Of a DNA stretch of 64,000 bases, positions 28,304-37,366 are shown in pieces. Location of the stretch: positions 32,001 to 96,000 of the forward strand of contig JBGSVZ010000005.1 in assembly GCA_041752695.1 (NCBI GenBank). The letters run 5' to 3'. The notes under the pieces are model-generated. The model had not been told where the DNA came from. It worked only from the letters and a program-made list of their open reading frames with translations, and made no database searches. Within the stretch, counting starts at the first letter, position 1. The number at the start of each line of letters is the position of its first letter. The translations under genes and the position numbers were made by a program. Source of the stretch: Terrimicrobiaceae bacterium (GTDB lineage Bacteria; Verrucomicrobiota; Verrucomicrobiia; Chthoniobacterales; Terrimicrobiaceae).

Positions 28304-29728
28304 ATGAGATCGCAAAATTCCCTCCGTACGTTTCCACCGGATTTCGCCTGGGGTGCGGCCACGGCTGCTTACCAGGTTGAGGGAGGGTGGAATCAAGACG
28401 GACGCGGCCCGTCGGTCTGGGACGATTTCTGTCACCGCGGCGGAAAGATATGTGATGGCTCCAGCGGCGATGTCGCCTGCAACCACTACAATCTCTGGCG
28501 CGAGGATGTGGAAATGATGCGCGCCATGGGACTGCGGGCCTATCGATTTTCGCTGAGTTGGTCACGCATCCTGCCGCAGGGAACTGGTGTGATCAATGAA
28601 GCGGGATTGGATTTTTACGACCACCTTGTGGACGCCCTTTTGGAAGCGAACATCACCCCGTGGGTCACGCTCTTTCATTGGGATCTTCCCTCCGCCCTCT
28701 ATCATCGCGGGGGATGGCTTAATTCCAATTCCCCGGAGTGGTTCGCGGAATACACCCGGGTGGTGGCCGCGCGCCTTGGGGATCGCGTGACCAACTGGAT
28801 CACGCTGAACGAGCCACCGTGTTTCACCGGGATGGGCCACCTGGACGCCGTCCATGCGCCGGGCGACAGCCTGTCCTTCGCCAACTTTCTCCGTGTCGCG
28901 CACCATGTCCTGATGGCGCACGGAAAATCCGTCCAAGTCCTGCGCGCGGGGTGTCCGCGTCCGGTGCAGATCGGATTTGCCATCACGGGAAACGCGAGAA
29001 TTCCCCAGACCCAATCTTCTGCCGACATCGAAGCCGCGAAGTCCCTGCTTTTCAGTGTCCGCCGCAAATCGCAATGGAACATCTCGTGGTGGATGGATCC
29101 TGTGTTTTTGGGCAATTATCCCGCCGACGGGCTCGCGCTCTTCGGAGAAGACATGCCCGAGATCGGAAGCACGGATATGGAGATCATCAACCAGCCGCTC
29201 GATTTCATTGGCTACAACGGTTATACCGGAGATCGGGTCAAATCGACGGCGGAAGGTCCCTGCGAGATTCCTCATGAGCATGGGCATGCCCGCGGTCTTT
29301 TGAACTGGGTGCGAATGGAACCCTCCGCGCTGTATTGGATGACGCGGTTTCTCCAGGAGCGATACGGTCGCCTTCCGTTGGTCGTGACGGAGAATGGTTT
29401 CCCCGGTTCCGATTGGGTGGACCGCACCGGCAGGGTGAGCGACCCTCAGCGTATTGACTATACCGCCCGTTACCTCATGGAGATTGCCCGGGCGAATCAC
29501 GAGGGATATCCCATCTCGGGTTACTTTCATTGGACACTCATGGATAATTTCGAGTGGGCGGAAGGGTACCACGCCCGGTTTGGCTTGGTTCACGTGGACT
29601 TCCGCACCCAAAAGCGTACGTTGAAAGAGTCCGCCCACTGGTATCGCAAAGTCATCGAAACCCAGGGAGGGAGCCTCTCCCTGGTCCCTGAGAGGGAGGA
29701 AGCCTCCCTCCAGTCCGCCTATGCCTGA
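28304..29728 (+). CDS. GH1 beta-glucosidase, cytoplasmic
   Basis: FAWGAATAAYQVEG, TLNEP (acid/base), VTENG (nucleophile), DNFEWAEG. Start moved to ATG 28304. Confidence 0.95.
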   Translation: MRSQNSLRTFPPDFAWGAATAAYQVEGGWNQDGRGPSVWDDFCHRGGKICDGSSGDVACNHYNLWREDVEMMRAMGLRAYRFSLSWSRILPQGTGVINEAGLDFYDHLVDALLEANITPWVTLFHWDLPSALYHRGGWLNSNSPEWFAEYTRVVAARLGDRVTNWITLNEPPCFTGMGHLDAVHAPGDSLSFANFLRVAHHVLMAHGKSVQVLRAGCPRPVQIGFAITGNARIPQTQSSADIEAAKSLLFSVRRKSQWNISWWMDPVFLGNYPADGLALFGEDMPEIGSTDMEIINQPLDFIGYNGYTGDRVKSTAEGPCEIPHEHGHARGLLNWVRMEPSALYWMTRFLQERYGRLPLVVTENGFPGSDWVDRTGRVSDPQRIDYTARYLMEIARANHEGYPISGYFHWTLMDNFEWAEGYHARFGLVHVDFRTQKRTLKESAHWYRKVIETQGGSLSLVPEREEASLQSAYA

Positions 29729-29772
29729 ACTTTAACTTAGCTAATCCCTCCGCTCTCCCGCGAATCCCAGTT

Positions 29773-32487
29773 ATGACCGTATCTCCCCATTTCCCCCTCC
29801 GTGGACGTCCGTCCCTCCTTGCCATCGCCGGAATGTTTGTTCTTTCCGTTGGCTTTCTGGCATCCCCCGCACCGGCCGCCGAGCCGTCCGTTCCGGGGCA
29901 AACCCACTACGGCGCATGGCGTTCCTCGCGCATTGGCGGAGGCGGATATGTTTCCAACCTCATTCCCACAAGCGACCCGAAGATTTATTACCTTCACACC
30001 GACGTGGGAGGATTTTATCGCAGCGAGGACGGCGGCGCCAACTGGAGAATGCTCCAAGGCAAGCTTCCCGCCACCGCCGGGAACCAGCAGCCGCGGGGAT
30101 TATTGGTAGATCCGCGGGATCCCAACCAAATCCTCGTGGCCACCGGTTCTCATTGGGAAAACAAACCCGAGGGAATCTACCGTAGCAGCGATGGCGGCCA
30201 GACTTTTGAACGCACTCTTGAGGCGGCATTTGCCGGCAATGGAAACACGCGGATGTGGGGGGAAATCCTTTCCGTCGATCCCGCCAACCCGGACGTGGTG
30301 CTGGCAGCGTCCATGAACGACGGGGTGTTCCGCTCCCAGGATTTTGGGCGCACCTGGCTGAATGTGGGGCTGACGGGCTTGAACCCGACCGACATCGATT
30401 TTGACAAAACCCAGCCGGGCCGGGTGTTACTCAGCGCGCAGCCTTACGATTCGTTTTTTCAAGGCAATCCCCAAATGAAATTGCGGGGAGGTTTGTTCGT
30501 GAGCAGTGATGCAGGCGCGACCTGGGAGGAAATCAAGCAAGCCGTGCCTCCTCCGAACGAGTTGACTCAGGCTCCCGCTGCCTTTGGTTCTGCCTGGATT
30601 GGCGTGTTCCGCAATTCTCTCGTTAAAAGCAGCAAGGACGGGGGCAAAACCTGGCAGGAATTTGGCGAGGGCCTTCCCACTCGGCCCGACACGGATACAA
30701 AAACTTCCCTCAGTCCCACCGCGCCCTACACCTTTACCGCCATAACGGCCGGGCCGGATTTTCTTTTGCTGGGAGCCGGTGACGGCAAACTGTACCGCCG
30801 GAACCCGCAGGATGCCGCCTGGACACGCATTGAGTCCGCGACCAAGGCTCCGGACTTCTGGTACGGTAACCCCGGCAACCGCTCCGGGTGGGTTCACTTT
30901 GGCAAGGCCATGTCCACGCTCCGGGTTGATCCTCACGACCCGAACCGCTGGTGGTTGGGTGATTGGTACATGCTTTGGCAATCGAATAGCGGTGGCAAAC
31001 AATGGGACTATGCCGGAAACGGGATTGAGGTGACTGTCGTGCATAATGTCACCCAGACGCCCGATGATCCCGGCCACGTGCATCTCGGCATGGCGGATAA
31101 TGGATACTTCTCGTCGCCCGACGGCGGGGCGACCTTTCAGCAGAATTGGCGGGTCATTACGAATAATATCAAGGACGTTGCCGTCTCAGCGAAGGATCCC
31201 ACCCGCACTTATGCCATCGGTCCGATGGAAAACGGTCCGTGGCATAGCAATCAACTCTTTGTCAGTGACGACCGGGGTGCCACCTGGCGCAAAGCCGCCA
31301 TGCAGGGGCTTCGCTCCGCGGACTCCCGCCGTATGAACTCTCTCACGCTGGATCCTACGGACAAGGATCGCGTGTTTGTGGCGCTGGCGGGAGAACCCGG
31401 CACAGGCGGTGGGGTTTTTCAGTCCGAAGACGCGGGTGAAACCTGGAAACCGATCTCGTCCGGCTTGCCCGACGAAGGTCTCTTTCAGGCGGAGATCTGG
31501 CACGTCGGGCGTGAGTTGGCGGCCTCGCAGGATGGCAGCCTTGTGGCCATCTCCAGTTATAAATCCCGTGTTTTCCATCGGTCCCCCGGCACCCAATTGT
31601 GGGCGGAAGCGACCGAGAAGTTCGGCAAGATCAATAGCGTCGAGGCGGACCCTTTCGTTCCCGGCCGCTATCTCATTGCCTCGCCAACTTCGGGTCTCCA
31701 TGAGTCCAGCGATTCTGGAGCGACCTGGACGAGGCTTAACCCGGACTCGCCCGCTCACCATGTTACCTTTGACAAAGCGGTGGCCGGTCGCATTGCTGTG
31801 GGTACGTCTGACGGAGTCGCCCTCTCGACCGACGCCGGCCAGACTTGGCGTTTGCTCGACAAGGAGCTTCCGAACCGCGCGGCCAACAGCGTCGCCTTCG
31901 CGGGAGACCGTCTCATCGTCGGCACCGGCGGATGTGGCGCATTCTGGATCCCGCTGGCGGAGGGCGGTGGTCAGGCTGTCGCCGCGCGGCATTTTGCGGA
32001 GGTCGCCGCGGTGCCGGACAAGGAGCTCCTGACAAATGGGAATTTTGACGACCCCTCCGGCGATGCACTTGCGGGCTGGGCCTTGCGCTGGGCCAGCGTG
32101 AAGGGAGTGGACCTTCGGTCGGATCTTTCAACCCAGGCGAGCAAGCCGACCGCCTTGGTGCTGGAAATCCCCTCCGACGGTATCGGTGTTGTGGAGCTTA
32201 GGTTGCCAGACGACCTGGGAGGCAAGCGGATCAAGGTCTCCGGGAAAATTCGCGCCGAGGGGGAATTTTCCGAACTCTTCGTTGCGATTCAATCTTTCGA
32301 CGATTCCGACAAACAAAATGCTTGGGTGAATGTATTCGACGGCTCGAAGCAGCAGTTCGATTGGACGACTTTCGAAAAAGCCGTAAAGGTCCCATCGCAA
32401 AGTTCGCGGGTTTTCCTCCTCATTCACGCCAAAGGTACCGGCAGCGTCTGGCTGGATGATGCTTCCGTCTTGGAAACCGAAAGATAA
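29773..32487 (+). CDS. Secreted GH74-like BNR/Asp-box beta-propeller glycosidase with C-terminal CBM-like domain
   Basis: Signal peptide; IGGGGY, TDVGG and GMADNG candidate catalytic Asp pair; many SxDxGxTW boxes; C-terminal LLTNGNF...VWLDDASV. Confidence 0.8.
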   Translation: MTVSPHFPLRGRPSLLAIAGMFVLSVGFLASPAPAAEPSVPGQTHYGAWRSSRIGGGGYVSNLIPTSDPKIYYLHTDVGGFYRSEDGGANWRMLQGKLPATAGNQQPRGLLVDPRDPNQILVATGSHWENKPEGIYRSSDGGQTFERTLEAAFAGNGNTRMWGEILSVDPANPDVVLAASMNDGVFRSQDFGRTWLNVGLTGLNPTDIDFDKTQPGRVLLSAQPYDSFFQGNPQMKLRGGLFVSSDAGATWEEIKQAVPPPNELTQAPAAFGSAWIGVFRNSLVKSSKDGGKTWQEFGEGLPTRPDTDTKTSLSPTAPYTFTAITAGPDFLLLGAGDGKLYRRNPQDAAWTRIESATKAPDFWYGNPGNRSGWVHFGKAMSTLRVDPHDPNRWWLGDWYMLWQSNSGGKQWDYAGNGIEVTVVHNVTQTPDDPGHVHLGMADNGYFSSPDGGATFQQNWRVITNNIKDVAVSAKDPTRTYAIGPMENGPWHSNQLFVSDDRGATWRKAAMQGLRSADSRRMNSLTLDPTDKDRVFVALAGEPGTGGGVFQSEDAGETWKPISSGLPDEGLFQAEIWHVGRELAASQDGSLVAISSYKSRVFHRSPGTQLWAEATEKFGKINSVEADPFVPGRYLIASPTSGLHESSDSGATWTRLNPDSPAHHVTFDKAVAGRIAVGTSDGVALSTDAGQTWRLLDKELPNRAANSVAFAGDRLIVGTGGCGAFWIPLAEGGGQAVAARHFAEVAAVPDKELLTNGNFDDPSGDALAGWALRWASVKGVDLRSDLSTQASKPTALVLEIPSDGIGVVELRLPDDLGGKRIKVSGKIRAEGEFSELFVAIQSFDDSDKQNAWVNVFDGSKQQFDWTTFEKAVKVPSQSSRVFLLIHAKGTGSVWLDDASVLETER

Positions 32488-32629
32488 CCGCGAGGAACTG
32501 ATTTCCGCACACAATCGATAATTCGGAACGCAAACAACAGCGAATATCCCCGCTCCGACTGATACTTCTTCCTAATTCACCGGGGATGGCCCCGGGCAAA
32601 AGCCAATACAAACCCCACAAAACAAACTT

Positions 32630-33322
32630 ATGAAACGTACATCCCTCGCATTCATGGCCATTTCCCTGGCCGTAGTCCTAACCTCCCCTGCCGCAGTTAT
32701 TGTGGACTCGGGTTTGGTCGGCAACAGCAACAACAGCACGCTTTCCGGCGGCACCGGCGGTGCCGGGAAAGCGGTGGGATTCACGATGGGTACCCAAGCC
32801 TATACCCTCGATAGTGTGAATATCCGCCTCCTGACCAGTGCGACCCCCCCCTCGGCCGCACAGATGAACTTCGGCATCTATCTTGGTAACAGCAGTGGCA
32901 TCACAAGTGGGAGTGCTTCGGCGGTTTTTAACGACCCCACTCTTACGGCCAGCACGGTCCTCAACTATAACCTCACGTTGACGGCCCCTTTCACTCTGGA
33001 GGCAAACACCACGTATTGGTTTGTCGCCTATACCACCGATACAAGTACAGGCAGTCTTGGCTGGACGTTCAATACTGCGGGTCAAGACGCCACCACCTCC
33101 GGGGGCGTCACGATTACGACGACCGAGGGGAGGTTTTTCCAGACTGGCAACACGGTGACAAACCCCACGACTTGGGGAGGCACATCGTCCACATATAACA
33201 ACATCCAGATCAACGCCACGGCTGTTCCTGAACCGTCGGCGGGCCTGTTGCTTTTGGGGGGTTTTGGGATTCTCGCGGGGCTGCGTCGCCGGGCTGGCCG
33301 CCGAATTCCTGCCCAGGCTTGA
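32630..33322 (+). CDS. PEP-CTERM protein with choice-of-anchor-R-like domain
   Basis: Signal peptide; KAVGFT, YTLDSV, LEANTTYWFV; VPEP + TM + RRR. Confidence 0.85.
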   Translation: MKRTSLAFMAISLAVVLTSPAAVIVDSGLVGNSNNSTLSGGTGGAGKAVGFTMGTQAYTLDSVNIRLLTSATPPSAAQMNFGIYLGNSSGITSGSASAVFNDPTLTASTVLNYNLTLTAPFTLEANTTYWFVAYTTDTSTGSLGWTFNTAGQDATTSGGVTITTTEGRFFQTGNTVTNPTTWGGTSSTYNNIQINATAVPEPSAGLLLLGGFGILAGLRRRAGRRIPAQA

Positions 33323-33337
33323 GGAAAAAGGCGGGGG

Positions 33338-34021
33338 TCAGGCCGCTTTGTGCGGACGGTTGATGAAGAGAAAGACGAGAACCCAGAACGCTTGAAGGAG
33401 CGACGCCACGGGAATCTGCAACTCCGAGGGCATGAAATAGACCAGGCAGACTCCCGGGATCCAGATGCACCAGGCTGCCACCTGAACGGGAAAGACCCGG
33501 TCGAGGAAAAACCCGCGGCGGAAAATCTCGCGTGCTGAACTGCGTCGAAATCCGGCGTCCCGCCAGGCAAAATATCCCGCGGAAAGGGTGTTGGAGATAA
33601 ACGGGCTAAAGATAAACTGATCGACCACCATTTTGCACAGGATGGTCTGCCAGTCGCTCTCCGAGCCGAACCACCCGATCTGGAGGCGATAAAAGAGGTC
33701 CACCAGGATTCCCATCAGGCCCCAGAAGGGCGCGGCGGTGAGAAAACTCCAGAGGTTTCTCCGGTTCGCTTTGCCCTCCTGAAAAAAGCCGATCCGGAGG
33801 ATTTCCGGCAGCAGCGCGGCTGAGAGGACGTAGCTGAAAAACGCGAAGGCAAAACCGACCTCCTGCTTAAGATTGGCGACACGCCCCAGAACCTCCCGCG
33901 TTCCCTCGTGCATCACATAGAGCGCGAGGAAGACAATCATGAGGGATTGCAGGAGGAGGCCGGGCAGGAGGTTGGCCCAGGCTCCCTGGGCGGCGATCCG
34001 CAGGGCGTTGCGAAATCTCAT
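33338..34021 (-). CDS. Mpv17/PMP22-like membrane protein
   Basis: KMVVDQFIFSP and WCIWIP..YFMP..LQ motifs; ATGA overlap with the tilS stop. Confidence 0.6.
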   Translation of the reverse strand: MRFRNALRIAAQGAWANLLPGLLLQSLMIVFLALYVMHEGTREVLGRVANLKQEVGFAFAFFSYVLSAALLPEILRIGFFQEGKANRRNLWSFLTAAPFWGLMGILVDLFYRLQIGWFGSESDWQTILCKMVVDQFIFSPFISNTLSAGYFAWRDAGFRRSSAREIFRRGFFLDRVFPVQVAAWCIWIPGVCLVYFMPSELQIPVASLLQAFWVLVFLFINRPHKAA

Positions 34022-34947
34022 TCGAGGAAAATTTTTCCCTGACGGCGCCGGGCGTGCCGCGCGCCGGGCAGGTTGATTTTTGCCGGGCCAATCGCGGGAT
34101 CGAGCAAAGACAACACGCGCTCGACTTCGGCGTATCCGGCCTCGGGGATGTCCTGTCTTTTCAACCACCGCAACACCATGCGGCGCTGAAGCGCCAGTGG
34201 CAGATTTCGCAGTTCTGCGCACAGAAGTTTTTCCCCGGGTTCGGGCGTCAGAGAATCCAGCAGAGCGTTTTCCTCCCGGAGAATCGTGGCGGTTCGCAAA
34301 AGGGCGGGACGGAAGGCGTTTCCGAGGGTCTTCTCCACAGCGGGGAGAAGAGTGTGGCGAATGCGGTTTCGCGTGTGTGCGAACGACGCGTTGGATGCGT
34401 CTTCACGGAAGGTGATTTTGTGGCTTCGGACGTAGGAGTGGATTTCGTCCCGGGACGTGGCGAGCAGGGGGCGGTGGACTTCGATTTTTCCCAGCAGGGT
34501 GACAGGTTTCATTCCTGCGAGGCCGGCCGTGCCGCTACCGCGCAGGAAATTGAAAAGGATGGTCTCCACCTGATCGTCTGCGTGATGAGCGAGGAGGAGG
34601 CGGCGGCAGCGGTGTTTGCGCGCGCAGACCTCAAAAAAGGCATGGCGCAATTCCCGTGCGGCGAGTTCCAGGGAGAGGCTGTGTTGGCTGGCGAAGGCGG
34701 TGGTGTCGGCCCGGGCGGTCTCGAAGACGAGGCTTAGCCGGTGGGCGGTTTTGCGAACAAAGGTGGCGTCGCGAGTGGAGGCCGCACCCCGCAGTCCGTG
34801 GTTGAGGTGGCCGACGACCAAGTTCGTCCATCCGGCCTCGACCAGGAGATGGAGGAGTGCCATCGAATCCCGTCCGCCGGAAACACCGACGAGGTGTTTT
34901 TTCCGGCGGTCGTTCGGATTCAGGTTCGCAACGACCTTGGCGGGCAA
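34018..34947 (-). CDS. tilS: tRNA(Ile)-lysidine synthetase, short form
   Basis: SGGRDS PP-loop, HLNHGLR, AHHADDQVET, DASN, RNRIRH. Confidence 0.92.
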   Translation of the reverse strand: MPAKVVANLNPNDRRKKHLVGVSGGRDSMALLHLLVEAGWTNLVVGHLNHGLRGAASTRDATFVRKTAHRLSLVFETARADTTAFASQHSLSLELAARELRHAFFEVCARKHRCRRLLLAHHADDQVETILFNFLRGSGTAGLAGMKPVTLLGKIEVHRPLLATSRDEIHSYVRSHKITFREDASNASFAHTRNRIRHTLLPAVEKTLGNAFRPALLRTATILREENALLDSLTPEPGEKLLCAELRNLPLALQRRMVLRWLKRQDIPEAGYAEVERVLSLLDPAIGPAKINLPGARHARRRQGKIFLE

Positions 34948-34960
34948 GATGTCCGTCGGA

Positions 34961-36229
34961 TCAGGAGATTTGGGACGCGCCGAAATAAGGATGCAATGGG
35001 GGCGGCAGGGTCACCGTGCCGTCGGGTTGGAGGCCCGTCTCCAGCAGTGCCACGTAAAGGCGAGCCAGCGCGGTGCCCGAGCCATTGAGGGTATGACAAA
35101 AGCGGTTTTTTCCGTCCTCGCCCTTAAACCGCAGATTCATGCGGCGGGCTTGGAAATCTTCAAAATTCGAGCAGCTCGAGACCTCCAGATAGGCATTCTG
35201 ACCCGGCGACCAGACCTCAATGTCATAGGTGCGGGCCGCGCCAAAACCGAGGTCCCCGGTGCAGAGTTCGATCACGCGGTAGTGGAGGTCCAGAATTTGC
35301 AGAACCTTTTCGGCGTCGGCGGTGAGGGCTTCGAGTTCTGCATCCGAGTTTTCGGGCGGGCAGATTTTGACCAACTCCACCTTGTCGAACTGATGCATGC
35401 GAATGAGTCCGCGCGTCCCCAGTCCGGCCGAGCCAGCCTCGCGACGGAAGCACGGCGTGTAGGCGGCGTATTTGATGGGCAGCGTGGCAACGGGAAGGAT
35501 TTCCTCGCGGTGCAGATTGGTGACGGGAACCTCGGCGGTCGGCACGAGATAGAGATCGTCATCTGCGCAGCGATACTGTTGGTCGGCAAATTTCGGGAGC
35601 TGTGCGGTTCCGATCAGGGCCTCCGGTTTCACCACCAGGGGCGGTTGGATCTCGGTGTAGCCGTGTTCGTCCGTATGCAGATCGAGGAGAAAGTTGACCA
35701 ATGCCCGCTCGAGGCGTGCCCCCTGGCCCGTGTAGCAAACGAATGCGGTGCCACTGATTTTCGCGGCACGATCGAAGTCGAGCAGCTTCAGGCGGCTGGC
35801 GATGGAGAGATGGTCCTCGGAGTTCTCCAGGGCGGGTTTTTCGCCCCAGACGCGAATTTCCGGATTGTCATCGGCCGAGCGGCCTTCCGGCACGACGGCC
35901 TGAGGCAGGTTGGGCAGGGTGAGCAGAAGGGCGCGCTGCTTTTCCTCCAAAGCGGTGCTTTGTTCGCCGAGGGACTGCATTTCGGCGGCTTGGGATTTCA
36001 CCTGGGCCTCCACGGCGGCGCTGTCCTGGCCCTGGCTGCGCAGACGGCCAATTTCTTTGCTGAGTTTGTTGCGGTCGGCCTGCAGGGTTTGGAGCCGAGT
36101 CTCGGCCGCCCGGCGTCCGCTGTCGCAAGCCAGAACCTCGTCGATGACGGCATCAAGGGAGGAGCCGCGGAGTCCGAGGCGGGTCTTGACGAGATCGGGT
36201 TGTTCGCGGAGCAGGCGGATGTCGAGCAT
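34961..36229 (-). CDS. serS: Serine--tRNA ligase
   Basis: MLDIRLLR, PTAEVP, FRREAG, HQFDKVE, EVSSCSN, TLNGSGTA. Confidence 0.97.
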   Translation of the reverse strand: MLDIRLLREQPDLVKTRLGLRGSSLDAVIDEVLACDSGRRAAETRLQTLQADRNKLSKEIGRLRSQGQDSAAVEAQVKSQAAEMQSLGEQSTALEEKQRALLLTLPNLPQAVVPEGRSADDNPEIRVWGEKPALENSEDHLSIASRLKLLDFDRAAKISGTAFVCYTGQGARLERALVNFLLDLHTDEHGYTEIQPPLVVKPEALIGTAQLPKFADQQYRCADDDLYLVPTAEVPVTNLHREEILPVATLPIKYAAYTPCFRREAGSAGLGTRGLIRMHQFDKVELVKICPPENSDAELEALTADAEKVLQILDLHYRVIELCTGDLGFGAARTYDIEVWSPGQNAYLEVSSCSNFEDFQARRMNLRFKGEDGKNRFCHTLNGSGTALARLYVALLETGLQPDGTVTLPPPLHPYFGASQIS

Positions 36230-36245
36230 GGGAGGACGGAGTTTT

Positions 36246-36339
36246 AACGCTCAGCGTTCAACTTTCAACGCTCAACTCTGAAATCCTGTGCAGGTAGCCA
36301 ACTTGAATGTTGAACGTTGAAGGTTGAGCGTGGAAACTT
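36246..36339. repeat. Inverted arrays of degenerate heptamer repeats (AACGCTC-like, 5 + 5 units)
   Basis: AACGCTC AGCGTTC AACTTTC AACGCTC AACTCTG ... GAATGTT GAACGTT GAAGGTT GAGCGTG GAAACTT. Confidence 0.8.
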
Positions 36340-36350
36340 GGCATTTCGCC

Positions 36351-37301
36351 ATGCCTGTCCAATACCGTGATTATTACGAAACTCTGGGAGTCTCCAAGAC
36401 GGCAACCCCGGACGAGCTCAAAAGTGCCTTCCGGAAACTGGCGCGAAAATTCCATCCCGATACGGCGGAGGACAAAAAGACCGCCGAAGAAAAATTCAAG
36501 GAGATCAACGAGGCTTATGAGGTGCTGGGCGATCCGGAAAAGCGGAAAAAATACGATGAGCTGGGACCCAACTGGCAACAGGGTGGGTTTCCGCGTCCGC
36601 CGGGCGGCGGGGCGCGGCCGCAGGGATTTCCGGGTGCCGGAACGTATGAGAGTGGGGGCGCGGAATATCATTTCGGCGGCACGGGATTCAGTGACTTTTT
36701 TGAGCAGGTTTTTGGAGCCCGGCGCGGACGCAGCCGGGGTTATGACGATTTTGAATATGGCGAGGCACCGCCAATGCGCGGTCAGGATGTCGAAGCCGAT
36801 ATTCTGGTGACGCTGGAAGAGGCCTTAAACGGGTCGAACCGGCAGATTTCTTTTCGCCGGGGGGATTCCGGGAAGGTGCAGACTTACACCGTGAAGATTC
36901 CGAAAGGGGTGCATCAGGGTCAGCGAATCCGGCTGGCCGGCCAGGGAGGATCCGGGGGGGCGGGTGGTGAGGCGGGGGACTTATACCTGCGGATCAAATT
37001 CGAGCGTCATCCGAATTTTGAAGTGGAGGGGAGCGATCTCCTTTATGAATTGGAGTTGCCTGTCCACCGCCTCGTGCTTGGTTCCGACGCGGAAGTGGTT
37101 ACGCTCGATGGGCGGGCGAGATTTCCCATTCCTCCGGGAACACAGGTCGGACGGAAATTTCGTTTCGCGGGAAGAGGGTTGCCCAAAGGGGGGGGGCAGC
37201 GCGGGGACCTTTACGCGGTGGTCACGGCCACTGTCCCGCAGAATCCGAGCGAGAAGGAAAAGGAACTCTGGCAGCAGATTGCCGCACTCTCGGGAGCCTA
37301 A
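36351..37301 (+). CDS. DnaJ-class co-chaperone without zinc finger (CbpA-like)
   Basis: [13 protein letters not shown]-rich linker, DnaJ C-terminal domain, no CxxCxGxG. Confidence 0.9.
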   Translation: MPVQYRDYYETLGVSKTATPDELKSAFRKLARKFHPDTAEDKKTAEEKFKEINEAYEVLGDPEKRKKYDELGPNWQQGGFPRPPGGGARPQGFPGAGTYESGGAEYHFGGTGFSDFFEQVFGARRGRSRGYDDFEYGEAPPMRGQDVEADILVTLEEALNGSNRQISFRRGDSGKVQTYTVKIPKGVHQGQRIRLAGQGGSGGAGGEAGDLYLRIKFERHPNFEVEGSDLLYELELPVHRLVLGSDAEVVTLDGRARFPIPPGTQVGRKFRFAGRGLPKGGGQRGDLYAVVTATVPQNPSEKEKELWQQIAALSGA

Positions 37302-37316
37302 AAAGACAGGGAAACT

Positions 37317-37354
37317 TCGGCGGATTGCCCTCGCTGCGACGGCAAGTCCGCCGA
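37317..37354. terminator. Hairpin between convergent genes (terminator or REP-like)
   Basis: TCGGCGGA-TTGCC...GGCAA-G-TCCGCCGA. Confidence 0.5.
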
Positions 37355-37366
37355 TTGAGCTCGGGC

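Noticed and set aside
34616..36247. 543-aa plus-strand ORF
   Set aside because: Antisense shadow of serS/tilS with no motifs; typical of high-GC DNA.
36246..36339. Possible CRISPR array
   Set aside because: The units are 7-bp degenerate tandem repeats with no spacers and no cas genes.
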